Below the pieces are notes generated by a model. It saw nothing but the letters and a program-made list of their open reading frames with translations, searched no databases and was not told where the DNA came from. Shown one piece after another: positions 1-9,621 of a stretch of DNA of 64,000 nt. The DNA is taken from the IMG/VR virus record IMGVR_UViG_3300030104_003796, positions 2,936 through 66,935 of that record. One strand, 5' to 3'. Both the position numbers and the translations under genes were made by a program. Source of the DNA: a virus. How positions within the stretch are numbered: the stretch's first letter is position 1; each line of letters opens with the position of its first letter.

Positions 1-1010
1 TGGACCTGCTGGCTCAGACGGGTCTGATGGTTCGGATGGTTCAACAGGACCTACCGGTCCTGCTGGTGGAACAGGACCCACCGGCCCTACCGGCCCAAGT
101 GGTTCAACCGGTCCTGCTGGCGCGGCGGCTGGATTCGGCACACCTACTGCAAGCACAGGACCTATAGGTATTACTGCATCCGGCCCCGATACCGCTAAAG
201 TATTCGCGTTTAGTATTCCGGCGGGTGCGGCAGGACCTACCGGCCCTACAGGACCCACAGGACCCACAGGTCCAACCGGACCTGCTGGTAGTGACGGTTC
301 TGACGGTTCAACCGGACCTGCTGGTCCTACGGGTTCATCCGGTCCTACAGGACCAAGTGGTCCTACAGGTCCTACAGGCCCAACAGGGCCGGAAGGCTTA
401 AAATGGGAAGGCACATGGAATAGTAGTAAGACTTATGCTATTGATGACGCGGTTATCCATAGTGGAACGTCATATATCGCAACGGCAAGTCATACCGACC
501 AAGCCCCACCTAATGCTTCTTATTGGAATGTTTTGGCTTCAAAGGGAGATACAGGAAATACCGGCTCAACAGGACCCACAGGACCTACCGGTCCTACAGG
601 CCCTACAGGTCCTAATGGGCCGACCGGACCTGCCGGTAGCGATGGTTCGGATGGTTCGGATGGTTCCACAGGCCCAACGGGTCCTACCGGACCTACAGGT
701 CCTACCGGACCAACCGGAACGGCGGCTGGCTTTGGAACACCTACCGCTTCCACCGGACCTATTGGCGTTACTGCAAGCGGCCCTGCTACGGCAAAGGTAT
801 TTGCTTTTAGTATTCCTGCTGGCGCGGCTGGCCCAACAGGACCTACCGGCCCAACGGGTCCTACAGGACCCACCGGACCTACAGGACCTGCTGGTTCAGA
901 TGGGTCAGACGGTAGCGATGGTTCAACAGGGCCTACAGGGCCAAGCGGCGGAACAGGACCTACGGGACCAACAGGACCGACAGGACCAAGTGGGGGAACG
1001 GGCGCTATTG
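1..1010 (+). repeat. Coding 9-bp-period collagen repeats with a duplicated [34 protein letters not shown] block
   Basis: ggN ccN acN triplet repeats are directly visible; the duplicated block lies at about 130-240 and 728-835. Confidence 0.9.
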
Positions 1011-2491
1011 GTGGCTTAGATGATGTAATGATGGATGCTACTAATTTCGTTGATGGTATTTTGATTCAAACAAATAGTGATGGTTCAGCGCCAACAACGG
1101 GAACATTAAGTGGCGCAACCGAAAACATTGGTATTGGTAAAGATGTATTAAAGGCATTAACAAGTGCTGATTACAACGTAGTTATTGGGCCTGATGCCGG
1201 AGAAGCAATTACTTCCGGTGGATATAACACATTGATTGGTAGGGAAACAGGGCAATATATTTCCACCACAAGTAATACTGTAGCAATAGGAGATAATGCA
1301 GGTAGGTTTAATACAGGCGGAACTAACACATTTGTTGGGGTAAATGCAGGTAAAAGAGGAACAACAGGCGCGACTACTAATAATACAATGATTGGTAATT
1401 CAGCAGGTGGAAATAACACAGGCGGGAATAACACAGTTGTAGGACACCAAGCACTTACTTTTGGTGCAGGTGGGGCGAACAATGTCGTTATGGGTTATTT
1501 AGCCGCACAAGATTTAACTTCAGATTATAACGTAGCAATAGGTTCAAGTGCGGCATTAAATGTAACATCGGGAACAAGAAATATCAGCATTGGTGCAAAT
1601 AGCATGGATGCTGCTACAACAGAAAGCGATAACATAGCAATTGGTTATGATGCTTTAGGTGGCGCAGTTAGTGGTGGAGAAAAGAATATCGCAATTGGAA
1701 GTTATGCCGGAGATGCAATAACTTCTGCTGATAAATCGGTATTAGTCGGACATCAAGCGGGAAGCACGATAACTGATGGTAGCGATAGTGTAGCAATTGG
1801 GCATCAATCAATGTTATATGGAACAGGACAGCAAAATGTAGTAATTGGTAGTGAAGCAGGTTTAGGTGTAAGTGGTTCTTCAACAGGTCAATACAACGTA
1901 ATAGTAGGAAAAGAAGCGGGGTATGCTTATACTACTGCATCAAGCCTAACTTTACTTGGAAAAGGTGCGGGAGTAGCAATTACCACAGGAAGCAGTAATA
2001 CCGCAGTAGGGAGAAATAGTCTATATGGAACTGTTGATGGTGCTAAAAATATCGGCATAGGATATACTGCCGGAGATAACATCACAAGTGGCGATTTCAA
2101 TGTTGTAATTGGTGATGGTCAAGTTCCAAGTGCAACAGGAGATAGTCAATTAGTAATTGCTTCGGGTAATGGTGGTGTAACGTGGTTAAGCGGAGATGCT
2201 AACGGTTTAGTAGCACATAAAATAAGTGTAGTAGCAGTAACAGGCTCAACAACACTAACAGACGCACAATCCGGCTCGTATGTGTATTGCACAAGTAGCG
2301 GTGCGCCTACCCTACCTGCAACGGCAGAAGTGGGCCAACAATACACTATCATTAACAACACAGGTTCAGATTTAACACCCGGATTGGGAGCAAGCAATAG
2401 CACCGTTCCAAGTAGCCACACCGCCATATCTGACGATAAAGCAAGAACCTATGTTGCAGTTGCCGCGAATACATGGTTCTTCGTGGGGTGA
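2..2491 (+). CDS. Collagen-like fibre/spike protein, 5'-truncated: (GPT)n/(GSD)n triplets, a small carbohydrate-binding-like domain and a C-terminal N-x-x-I-G repeat solenoid
   Basis: The frame of ORF 533..2491 is open from base 2 ([10 protein letters not shown]...). It has Gly-X-Y repeats, the insert [26 protein letters not shown]...PPNASYW (CBM5/12-like pattern) and many N-(V/I)-(A/V)-I-G repeats. Confidence 0.85.
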   Translation, partial: GPAGSDGSDGSDGSTGPTGPAGGTGPTGPTGPSGSTGPAGAAAGFGTPTASTGPIGITASGPDTAKVFAFSIPAGAAGPTGPTGPTGPTGPTGPAGSDGSDGSTGPAGPTGSSGPTGPSGPTGPTGPTGPEGLKWEGTWNSSKTYAIDDAVIHSGTSYIATASHTDQAPPNASYWNVLASKGDTGNTGSTGPTGPTGPTGPTGPNGPTGPAGSDGSDGSDGSTGPTGPTGPTGPTGPTGTAAGFGTPTASTGPIGVTASGPATAKVFAFSIPAGAAGPTGPTGPTGPTGPTGPTGPAGSDGSDGSDGSTGPTGPSGGTGPTGPTGPTGPSGGTGAIGGLDDVMMDATNFVDGILIQTNSDGSAPTTGTLSGATENIGIGKDVLKALTSADYNVVIGPDAGEAITSGGYNTLIGRETGQYISTTSNTVAIGDNAGRFNTGGTNTFVGVNAGKRGTTGATTNNTMIGNSAGGNNTGGNNTVVGHQALTFGAGGANNVVMGYLAAQDLTSDYNVAIGSSAALNVTSGTRNISIGANSMDAATTESDNIAIGYDALGGAVSGGEKNIAIGSYAGDAITSADKSVLVGHQAGSTITDGSDSVAIGHQSMLYGTGQQNVVIGSEAGLGVSGSSTGQYNVIVGKEAGYAYTTASSLTLLGKGAGVAITTGSSNTAVGRNSLYGTVDGAKNIGIGYTAGDNITSGDFNVVIGDGQVPSATGDSQLVIASGNGGVTWLSGDANGLVAHKISVVAVTGSTTLTDAQSGSYVYCTSSGAPTLPATAEVGQQYTIINNTGSDLTPGLGASNSTVPSSHTAISDDKARTYVAVAANTWFFVG

Positions 2492-2495
2492 TTAA

Positions 2496-3071
2496 GTGGC
2501 CTCAATTAACTTAGGTGTTGTTGGTTGTATAGCCGCAAGCGCGGCGACCGTATCTGCACCAACAGGCGTTAGTATTGCAGAAGACGCAAGTAGCGGTCAA
2601 AATAATGCGTTTAGAATTGTTGATTCAGGAGAAGATATAATGACCGTTGATTATTCCGATTGGTCGAGCGCAACGAGTGAATCTTTCGGAACACAATATG
2701 AAAAAGAAGTTAGCGCGGGTGATTTAGGAGATTTCAACACTTATGGAGTTATAAATATGGATGTTTATGCTTATTTGAGAGCGACAGGGGCTACATCTTT
2801 TTCATGGAGTGGTGCGGTGTATTCAAACAGTTTTGGTTCGGGTAGTGGTGCGCCAAGCGCGAGTATATCTGGCGCAGGGGGCGCCGGTCAAGACGGAACG
2901 AGTAGCGGTGTTGGTATTAGGCTTATAATAAGTCCGGGTTCGGGCAGGGGCGGCGCAAACAATTGGCCGAGTGCAGGAATGAATGTTATTTACAAATTAA
3001 CAGGAACGGCTACTAATTCAGGCGGTAGCACCGCCGCAGATTTATACTTGAAGTATTCATTCACAAGTTGA
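2496..3071 (+). CDS. Putative virion/fibre-associated protein (Ser/Gly-rich)
   Basis: ORF directly after the fibre gene, preceded by GGTGA; beta-rich composition. Confidence 0.55.
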   Translation: MASINLGVVGCIAASAATVSAPTGVSIAEDASSGQNNAFRIVDSGEDIMTVDYSDWSSATSESFGTQYEKEVSAGDLGDFNTYGVINMDVYAYLRATGATSFSWSGAVYSNSFGSGSGAPSASISGAGGAGQDGTSSGVGIRLIISPGSGRGGANNWPSAGMNVIYKLTGTATNSGGSTAADLYLKYSFTS

Positions 3072-3075
3072 TAAC

Positions 3076-3612
3076 ATGAAAATAGATATTAGTATTCCTG
3101 CTGGCGTATCAGGTGATTTTGAAATAGCACACTATACTAAAGATACAACTGATAATAAATGGCCGTTATATTTGCTTCATACCAATGAGGCTTATGATAA
3201 CTATACTGTATTATTAAAAAAGGGTTGCGATATGCCGATAATGCAGGACTCAGAAGCAGAATATAACGACCACGAATGGCTGTGGAATAACGCAAAAGGA
3301 GATGTGTTAATCGGTGGTTTGGGAATCGGTATGACTCATCATATCTTAATAGAAAATCCAAACATTACATCAATTACCATTATTGAAAAATATCAAGATG
3401 TGATAGATTTAGTATGGGATAACTGCGTTAAAGATGAACGCTTTAATTTAATCCACGCAGACATAAACACATGGGAGATACCTGCTGATAGTCATTGGGA
3501 TATTGGTTGGTTTGATACATGGATTTCAGATGGTGATTGGGGCGAATATAAAACCAACATGAAAGAAAAATATGGTCCTTATATTACAGAAATAAATGGT
3601 TGGTGTTGGTAA
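3076..3612 (+). CDS. Class I SAM-dependent methyltransferase-like protein (spermidine-synthase-like fold)
   Basis: Motif I DVLIGGLGIG, acidic residue after beta2 (ITIIEK), LIHAD and WFD. Confidence 0.75.
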   Translation: MKIDISIPAGVSGDFEIAHYTKDTTDNKWPLYLLHTNEAYDNYTVLLKKGCDMPIMQDSEAEYNDHEWLWNNAKGDVLIGGLGIGMTHHILIENPNITSITIIEKYQDVIDLVWDNCVKDERFNLIHADINTWEIPADSHWDIGWFDTWISDGDWGEYKTNMKEKYGPYITEINGWCW

Positions 3613-3649
3613 AACCCATTAAATATACACCATATTTTCTTAACATATA

Positions 3650-4198
3650 ATGGACCACCCAAATTGGTTACTATACGAAGGAATCCTTAGCGAAGGAGAT
3701 TGCGAGCGTTGGCTTGACTTAGGCAGACAAGCACCCATCCAAGATGCAAAAACCTTTGGCGGGCATGATACCCACCGTAAAACAGACATTAGGTGGCTTC
3801 CTAATGTTGCACCATACGCGGAAATGCACGATTTTTTAATGAAGGTTGCTATGGATGCTAACAAACAATTTAACCTTACGCTTACAGATTTACCGCCCCT
3901 GCAATTTACTGAGTATGCAGACGTAGGCCATAAGTATGATATGCACCATGATGTTGATTTCAACAGGCAAGACGGCAAGCACAGAAAATTAAGTATTGTT
4001 GTGCAATTAACCGACCCCGATGATTACGAAGGCGGAATCTTATCTTTTGCTCACACACAAAATCCCGACCCCGAAGCACTAATTAAGCGCGGTTCTATTA
4101 TATGCTTTCCTTCTTACTTAGAACACGGCGTATCGCCTATTACTTCCGGCTCAAGAACGAGCCTTGTTGGGTGGTTTGAAGGTCCTCGCTGGCGATAA
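3650..4198 (+). CDS. 2OG-Fe(II) oxygenase (prolyl-hydroxylase/PKHD-like)
   Basis: HxD (HHD), RKLSIVVQL, YEGG, distal H (EHGVSPITSG) and RTSLVGW. Confidence 0.9.
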   Translation: MDHPNWLLYEGILSEGDCERWLDLGRQAPIQDAKTFGGHDTHRKTDIRWLPNVAPYAEMHDFLMKVAMDANKQFNLTLTDLPPLQFTEYADVGHKYDMHHDVDFNRQDGKHRKLSIVVQLTDPDDYEGGILSFAHTQNPDPEALIKRGSIICFPSYLEHGVSPITSGSRTSLVGWFEGPRWR

Positions 4199-4227
4199 TT
4201 TAACTATCGGTATTACGACCATAAAAC

Positions 4228-4584
4228 ATGGAAAAAGAGGATAAGCAATTCGTTGCGGTGATTCTTTTTTTAATCTTTTTTTTAAGCAATCATTCTGTTA
4301 GTTTTGACCTTGCGGAATCAAAACACCATACGCTCCCATGCTATACAGTAAAGGGAGAAGTAATAGAAAAAGAAGAAAATAATAATAATTATATTTTGTA
4401 TGTTATCACTGAAATAGATGGTGAAAAACAAGGCTACAGTTTGCACGTTGCAGAAGAAACATATAAGAATCACGATGTAGGAGACACATACGAGCGGATA
4501 ACCTGCGAATTAGCGTATCTAAATGAGATAAAAACCATAATTGATGAATTATTAGACGCAGGTATTATGGAAGTGAATGAGTGA
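4228..4584 (+). CDS. Hypothetical protein with N-terminal membrane anchor
   Basis: Hydrophobic segment FVAVILFLIFFL followed by a small beta domain. Confidence 0.6.
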   Translation: MEKEDKQFVAVILFLIFFLSNHSVSFDLAESKHHTLPCYTVKGEVIEKEENNNNYILYVITEIDGEKQGYSLHVAEETYKNHDVGDTYERITCELAYLNEIKTIIDELLDAGIMEVNE

Positions 4585-4748
4585 AAAGAAAAGGAAAAAT
4601 AGTCTATACCCCACCCGAAAAGTCATGGACTAACATAAACATTGAAGAAACACCTCATGGGTATAAACTTTATCGGGGTAGCGATAACAGACATTTTGCC
4701 GTCATTCCTATTTCCGCAGTAAAACAAATTGTATATGAGAGAGATTAA
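4581..4748 (+). CDS. Small hypothetical protein (55 aa), not in the ORF track
   Basis: GTG start overlaps the previous stop; MKRKGKIVYTPPEKSWTNINIEETPHGYKLYRGSDNRHFAVIPISAVKQIVYERD fills the gap exactly. Confidence 0.6.
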   Translation: MKRKGKIVYTPPEKSWTNINIEETPHGYKLYRGSDNRHFAVIPISAVKQIVYERD

Positions 4749-4749
4749 G

Positions 4750-5127
4750 ATGCAAGAGAATAATACCACAATAATTGAAGATTGTATAGATTGTGTAAGC
4801 GAATCGTCATCCTTATTGGATGATATAGAAGTAGTGCTTGTAGCGATAGCCGCACTTTTGGCTATTGGCGCATGGGCCTACAAAAAGTATCAGATATTGA
4901 ATGCTGACGGTAAGATTACACTTGACGAAGTAATTGATTCTATGGGAGAAGTAAAAGAAAAGGTATCAGAAGCAAAGGCTGAATTGAAAACCATTGAAGA
5001 CACATTGGAATCACGAAATGTTGCTGAATTAAAGGCTATGTTGAAGGAAAAGGGCCTTGCTGTAACCGGCAAAAAGGCCGACCTAATCGCCCGACTTGAA
5101 GCAAGCATGGGTGACGATAGTGAGTGA
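4750..5127 (+). CDS. Membrane protein with EF-hand-like loop and C-terminal SAP domain
   Basis: TM segment VVLVAIAALLAIGAWAY; NADGKITLDE; SAP pattern LESRNVAELKAMLKEKGLAVTGKKADLIARL. Confidence 0.75.
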   Translation: MQENNTTIIEDCIDCVSESSSLLDDIEVVLVAIAALLAIGAWAYKKYQILNADGKITLDEVIDSMGEVKEKVSEAKAELKTIEDTLESRNVAELKAMLKEKGLAVTGKKADLIARLEASMGDDSE

Positions 5128-5362
5128 CGAAGTAATAGATTTAAGACTTGATAACTTAGAAGAAACCGCAAAAAGACATGAAAGACTAATCGAACAATTG
5201 GTTCAGTCTAACATGGATATGAAAACCGGTTTGGCTCAAGTGGCTACTGAATTAGAAGTTACTAACGGTCTTATCGCATCCTATATGTCTAACACACAAA
5301 AGATTACTTTAGCACTTATCGCAATTGTAGCAGGTGCTATGGGTATTTCAACGCAGATGTGA
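5120..5362 (+). CDS. Coiled-coil protein with C-terminal TM helix (XhlA/holin-like architecture)
   Basis: LRLDNLEE coiled coil and terminal ITLALIAIVAGAMGI; GTG start after GGTGA. Confidence 0.5.
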   Translation: MSDEVIDLRLDNLEETAKRHERLIEQLVQSNMDMKTGLAQVATELEVTNGLIASYMSNTQKITLALIAIVAGAMGISTQM

Positions 5363-5366
5363 TAAA

Positions 5367-5534
5367 ATGGACCAAAACCAATGGTACGCATGGTGTCGTA
5401 ATGTGGTTGAAAGGCTCACAAATGTTGAAAAGACACTAACAATCATAAACAAACGACAGAAGCGAATGCTTTATGTGGTATTGATAGGATTTGTGGCGGT
5501 GTTGTGTAATGGCTTATTATTGTTCTATAAGTGA
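5367..5534 (+). CDS. Small coiled-coil plus C-terminal TM protein
   Basis: MDQNQW...ERLTNVEKTL...LYVVLIGFVAVLCNGLLLF. Confidence 0.5.
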   Translation: MDQNQWYAWCRNVVERLTNVEKTLTIINKRQKRMLYVVLIGFVAVLCNGLLLFYK

Positions 5535-6045
5535 TGTTGGCTCTCGATTGGGCTTGAATAGCGGCCAGCGAGATAAGGCTAACACACGATTAACTTCGGC
5601 TATACGCAGGGCTACAATAGACATAGACCAATGCTTTCGTGATTATGGACGTGATGTGCCGTCAAGAGAAATCGCAAGCACTACACTTAGCGGCGCAGTA
5701 GCGGCTGGTGCTAACACTATTACTTTGACTTCTGCGAGCGCATTTTCTTCTGCTGGTAATGGTAACATTGACGGTGATTCTATCTCATGGACCGGCAAAT
5801 CTTCTAACGATTTGACCGGCGTAGCGGGTATTTCATTTGACCACGCAGACGGTGTAACCGTTGAAGAAGGAGAGTTTGCTCATGTGCTTAGAGAAGTATG
5901 CGCTGATTTGGCGGCTTCATATTATTTTGAAGATGAGTCTATGTTTCAAACAGGGGGAACAGAAGGCTCTTTGCGTGGCTCAAGTCTTCGTGATAGAGGC
6001 ACAATGAACCTTCGCCGGTTGGCCCATTTAGGGTCGGTTGATTGA
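5509..6045 (+). CDS. Putative head-tail adaptor/neck protein
   Basis: MAYYCSISDV start, AIRRAT..ID and VCADLAASY patterns resembling gp6/gp15-like adaptors; position ahead of the tail genes. Confidence 0.6.
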   Translation: MAYYCSISDVGSRLGLNSGQRDKANTRLTSAIRRATIDIDQCFRDYGRDVPSREIASTTLSGAVAAGANTITLTSASAFSSAGNGNIDGDSISWTGKSSNDLTGVAGISFDHADGVTVEEGEFAHVLREVCADLAASYYFEDESMFQTGGTEGSLRGSSLRDRGTMNLRRLAHLGSVD

Positions 6046-6724
6046 GGGTGATTTTATGCTAAAAATAGAAGTGCATGAAGATTTCCCCGATGCCTTCGGT
6101 AAAGAAATAAAGAAAATATCTTCTGATATAGCCCGAGAGGTAGTTAATGCTCTAAACAAAGCACTACAGAAAGAAAAAGACAAATACGAAAAGGCTTTGA
6201 AAAGAACAGCAAAACCTCTTATCCGTCAAAAAAGATTTGTAAGAGGCTCTTGGGCTGAATTTTACAAGGTATTAGCCGATGAATTATATGCAGAAAAAAT
6301 GGAAACAACACCCGTTATGTCTATGGTAACTATGACCGGAACAGGCGAAGAAATGTTTAGTGTTAAAACCGGTTTTTTTTCACATAAAGGAAGCGGAGGC
6401 GCGGATATACCAAGCCTATATTTTGGGGGTAAAAAGAGAGGAAAACCAACGACTCCTAAAAATCCCGAATGGGAAGGTGTTTATGTTAAAGCAACCAAAG
6501 GTAACCCTGTTAGCCACACTTTGATACGCGGTGCATCAAGAGGCCGAAGGTCAAATAAATTTACACAAAGTAAAGGTAGTCGAGGAAAATATGTAATACC
6601 AAAGGGTTACCAAAGCCCCGCTTGGAAAAACGATGGAAAAGAAAGGTTTGAAAAATATATCGCTTCTATCGAACAAGCATTCCAAAGAGAATCTAAAAGA
6701 GTATTGTCGGAGATGAATAGATAA
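6038..6724 (+). CDS. Putative neck/tail-completion protein (basic)
   Basis: Position between adaptor and tail terminator; Lys/Arg-rich. Confidence 0.45.
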   Translation: MIEGDFMLKIEVHEDFPDAFGKEIKKISSDIAREVVNALNKALQKEKDKYEKALKRTAKPLIRQKRFVRGSWAEFYKVLADELYAEKMETTPVMSMVTMTGTGEEMFSVKTGFFSHKGSGGADIPSLYFGGKKRGKPTTPKNPEWEGVYVKATKGNPVSHTLIRGASRGRRSNKFTQSKGSRGKYVIPKGYQSPAWKNDGKERFEKYIASIEQAFQRESKRVLSEMNR

Positions 6725-7797
6725 TGGCCGTAGCAACAAAGACTCAGTATTGGAATAGCCGTATGAACGGCACAGACCCCACTTCACTAACCGGTTCGTT
6801 TAATGATGATTGGTCCGGTAGCGGTGGTTCTGCATCGGGCGATTATTGGTTGGCTACATCATCCACTACCTATTCTATCACGCCAGCCGCAGACGATAAT
6901 GATTTAACATTGTTAGCCGTTTTTTCTTTTAGTAATACATCGGATATACCGGCGGCTGGAACGGTGCTTATGGCCCTCGACAACGGAACGAAAAGGGTTG
7001 AAGTAAGGTCTAAAGGCAACGGTGATAAATTAGATTTGGTCGGCGCATCAACAGTAACTACACGCAGTTTAGATATTACAAAACAAGAAAATGACGCAAT
7101 AGATTTAATCCTTAGATTAACTCTTGACTCAAGTGGAAATGGTAAATTATACGCAAGAGAAATGATTTACGATGACGATACTAATACTGTGTTTTATTCG
7201 GTGGTTGGTTCGTCTTCATCAAGTGCTACTGCATCATGGGGCAATACTGACGGAACGGTAAAATGGGCTTCTGTGTATTACAGTAAATTTGGCGCATTTA
7301 CACCGGAAGAATTGATGCCTTCTGATTTTGCACAGGACACGCTATCTCGTATGGGTATAGCCATTGTTAATCAGATTAAAAATAGTAAGCGAATGTATTT
7401 GAAAACGCAGGTTGATGACGATTCTATCGTGTATGGTTATGATGTTTCTATGGTTAGATTAACAAAAATGATGCCGCCTGTTATTCATGTGTTGATAGAA
7501 AACATAGATTCTCCATCATTTGATACATTAGGTGGTTCAAAAGTTAGACAAAATTACGATGTGCGAGTATTAGTTACAACAAGAGGAACGAATTACGAAG
7601 ACGCATACCGTGAAGGAATAAATATACTCGGTGAAGTTTTTGATGAAATTTATACAAATACAGGGGTTTTAGGAACGACAGACAGTATTATTTCTTATAC
7701 ATCTGAATTAGATGTAAAAATAGATGATGACGATACAGTTTGCACCCACCAAATGTTATTTACTTATCAAAGGCTCATAGACATGAGGCATCGTTGA
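6724..7797 (+). CDS. Putative tail terminator with an N-terminal beta-rich extension
   Basis: The C-terminal ~140 aa (PPVIHV...YDVRVLV...EVFDEI) resemble tail terminators; the gene precedes the tube gene. Confidence 0.5.
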   Translation: MAVATKTQYWNSRMNGTDPTSLTGSFNDDWSGSGGSASGDYWLATSSTTYSITPAADDNDLTLLAVFSFSNTSDIPAAGTVLMALDNGTKRVEVRSKGNGDKLDLVGASTVTTRSLDITKQENDAIDLILRLTLDSSGNGKLYAREMIYDDDTNTVFYSVVGSSSSSATASWGNTDGTVKWASVYYSKFGAFTPEELMPSDFAQDTLSRMGIAIVNQIKNSKRMYLKTQVDDDSIVYGYDVSMVRLTKMMPPVIHVLIENIDSPSFDTLGGSKVRQNYDVRVLVTTRGTNYEDAYREGINILGEVFDEIYTNTGVLGTTDSIISYTSELDVKIDDDDTVCTHQMLFTYQRLIDMRHR

Positions 7798-7849
7798 TAA
7801 CCTTTAAATGACGCATGATTCGTGCGTCTATACAATAATAGGTGATAAT

Positions 7850-8863
7850 ATGGCTGATGACTTTCTAAATCGTTATGTCGGAATAGTAAAAGAATCTTCC
7901 TATGGAACAGACCCTACATCGGGTTATCTCTATGGGGAAGTGGATGAAGAATCTCTCGGACACAAGTTCGACTTGATGGTTCGTGAAGACATGAGTAAGC
8001 CGATTTCCTCAAAAGCAGTAACCGGTAAGGAATACAGCGAAGGAGATATTAACCTTGCTATGCAAGTGGATGACTTCGTAGCGACCTGTCTTTTGGGCTT
8101 TTTCCCAACCGATAGCGTATCGGGTAGCGGTCCATACACACATACATTACTTGAACCGTCTTCTGCTTCTGATGAATACCCTTCTTATACTATCAAGGTT
8201 GGTCGTGAGCAAAAGCAACACACCTTCACCGGTATGTGTGCTAACACACTAAATGTCGCCGCAAATGTAGGCGAGTATGTTATGATGAGCGTTGGTTTTT
8301 ACGGTAAGGGAGAATCTGCCGTAGCCGCTCTCGCTACACCTACTTATGATGGTGCGGCTCTTGACGCACTTTACTTCGCAAACGGCGAAGTCAAGTTTGG
8401 AAGCGGTAGCGCAGTAGCAACCGTTAAGTCATTTTCTTTTGATATTAACCTAAACCAAGACCCCGACAACGCTTACGCTCTCGGTGGCGCAGGACCACAA
8501 AGAAAGATACCTAAGCAACGCAGGGAGATTACAGGAACAATCGAGTTTAACCAAGTCCTATACACCGCTACTGATGGTGAACCAACATACAGCACACTAA
8601 TTGCGGCTGATGGTGATGTGGATAACCCAAGCGGCGCAGATGCGGCTATGACTCTTGTATTAAAGGATGAGGGCGGCACAGAAAGCATAACCTTTGATTT
8701 CAAAAAGGTTTTCTTTGAAGCACCGGAAGCATCAGTAAGTGGTCGAGATACAAACACAATGACCGTCAATTTTAGAGGACTATACGATTCAACAAGCGGC
8801 GGTGCGGCTAAGGCTATGACTTGTGTTCTAACAGGAAACAGTCTGCAATCCGGCGCATACTGA
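7850..8863 (+). CDS. Major tail tube protein
   Basis: RYVGIVKESSYGT, YTHT, PSYTIKVG, REITGTIEF; ATG at 7850 follows GGTGA. Confidence 0.8.
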   Translation: MADDFLNRYVGIVKESSYGTDPTSGYLYGEVDEESLGHKFDLMVREDMSKPISSKAVTGKEYSEGDINLAMQVDDFVATCLLGFFPTDSVSGSGPYTHTLLEPSSASDEYPSYTIKVGREQKQHTFTGMCANTLNVAANVGEYVMMSVGFYGKGESAVAALATPTYDGAALDALYFANGEVKFGSGSAVATVKSFSFDINLNQDPDNAYALGGAGPQRKIPKQRREITGTIEFNQVLYTATDGEPTYSTLIAADGDVDNPSGADAAMTLVLKDEGGTESITFDFKKVFFEAPEASVSGRDTNTMTVNFRGLYDSTSGGAAKAMTCVLTGNSLQSGAY

Positions 8864-8873
8864 TGGTGGTTAA

Positions 8874-9065
8874 ATGAGTCATACAATTGCTGACCCGACA
8901 AAAATGACGGTCCATGAGATTAAGACTACTATGGAGTCTGCAAACACAGACCTACAGACTTTCTTAAGAACCCTCGCGGCAAGTGATGATGTAGTAAGCA
9001 TCAATTATATGCAAAACAAAAATTCAAATCGTATCGTTATCAATGTAACATACGAAGACCAATGA
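8874..9065 (+). CDS. Small hypothetical protein in the tail module
   Basis: Compact ORF after the tube gene with a purine-rich leader. Confidence 0.55.
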   Translation: MSHTIADPTKMTVHEIKTTMESANTDLQTFLRTLAASDDVVSINYMQNKNSNRIVINVTYEDQ

Positions 9066-9076
9066 TGGTGAGATAA

Positions 9077-9250
9077 ATGACTGAAAGATATGAAGACGAA
9101 CACGGCGTTTGGGAAAAGAGAGTTATCGAAGGCCGAGTCAAAGATGTTTTGGTTGAACCAAAAGTAGTGAAAAAGGCGGCTAAGAAAGCCGCACCAAAGA
9201 AAAAGAAAGCGAAGGTGAGTGAAAGTGCCGGTTCTGCAAAAGGAAATTGA
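9077..9250 (+). CDS. Small basic protein (57 aa) with Lys/Ala-rich tail, not in the ORF track
   Basis: GGTGAG leader; MTERYEDEHGVWEKRVIEGRVKDVLVEPKVVKKAAKKAAPKKKKAKVSESAGSAKGN. Confidence 0.6.
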   Translation: MTERYEDEHGVWEKRVIEGRVKDVLVEPKVVKKAAKKAAPKKKKAKVSESAGSAKGN

Positions 9251-9578
9251 ATTGAACGACGAAAGAAAAATACTTGTGCGCCAAGCATCGGGTATTGAAA
9301 AGATTAGGCTTGAGAGTAAGCAAGCAAAAGTGCTAAGAAAATTTAGGCACTTTGGCGAACCTACCTCATGGTCCGAAGAACAACAAATGGAGTTTTCGGA
9401 TGCCCTCGATGAAGAAGGATGCGGGATAGCCGACCAAATAGATGCGTGGCTTCCTAACTGTATTCTATCAGAAGATATTACAATCAATGACCTAAACACA
9501 GAAGAATTACTGCGTGTTTTAACCTTTGTTAGAGGCGACGAAACCATAGCACCGGAAGGTGCGCCCCCTTTGGAGTAG
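9219..9578 (+). CDS. Tail assembly chaperone (gpG-like)
   Basis: Lies between tube and tape measure genes and ends in the slippery heptamer C CCT TTG. Confidence 0.75.
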   Translation: MKVPVLQKEIELNDERKILVRQASGIEKIRLESKQAKVLRKFRHFGEPTSWSEEQQMEFSDALDEEGCGIADQIDAWLPNCILSEDITINDLNTEELLRVLTFVRGDETIAPEGAPPLE

Positions 9579-9621
9579 TGGCCCACGCCGCCCCGACTTT
9601 GTGTATGGCGTTTAAGGGCCA
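9566..9621 (+). promoter_or_regulatory. Programmed -1 ribosomal frameshift signal
   Basis: In-frame X XXY YYZ heptamer CCCTTTG (9566-9572), 6-nt spacer, then stem-loop TGGCCC-ACGCC...GGCGT-TTAA-GGGCCA (9579-9621). Confidence 0.75.

Noticed and set aside
435-1019. Alternative-frame ORFs 435..1019 (+) and 520..873 (-)
   Set aside because: Shadow frames of the collagen repeat; the real frame is open from base 2.
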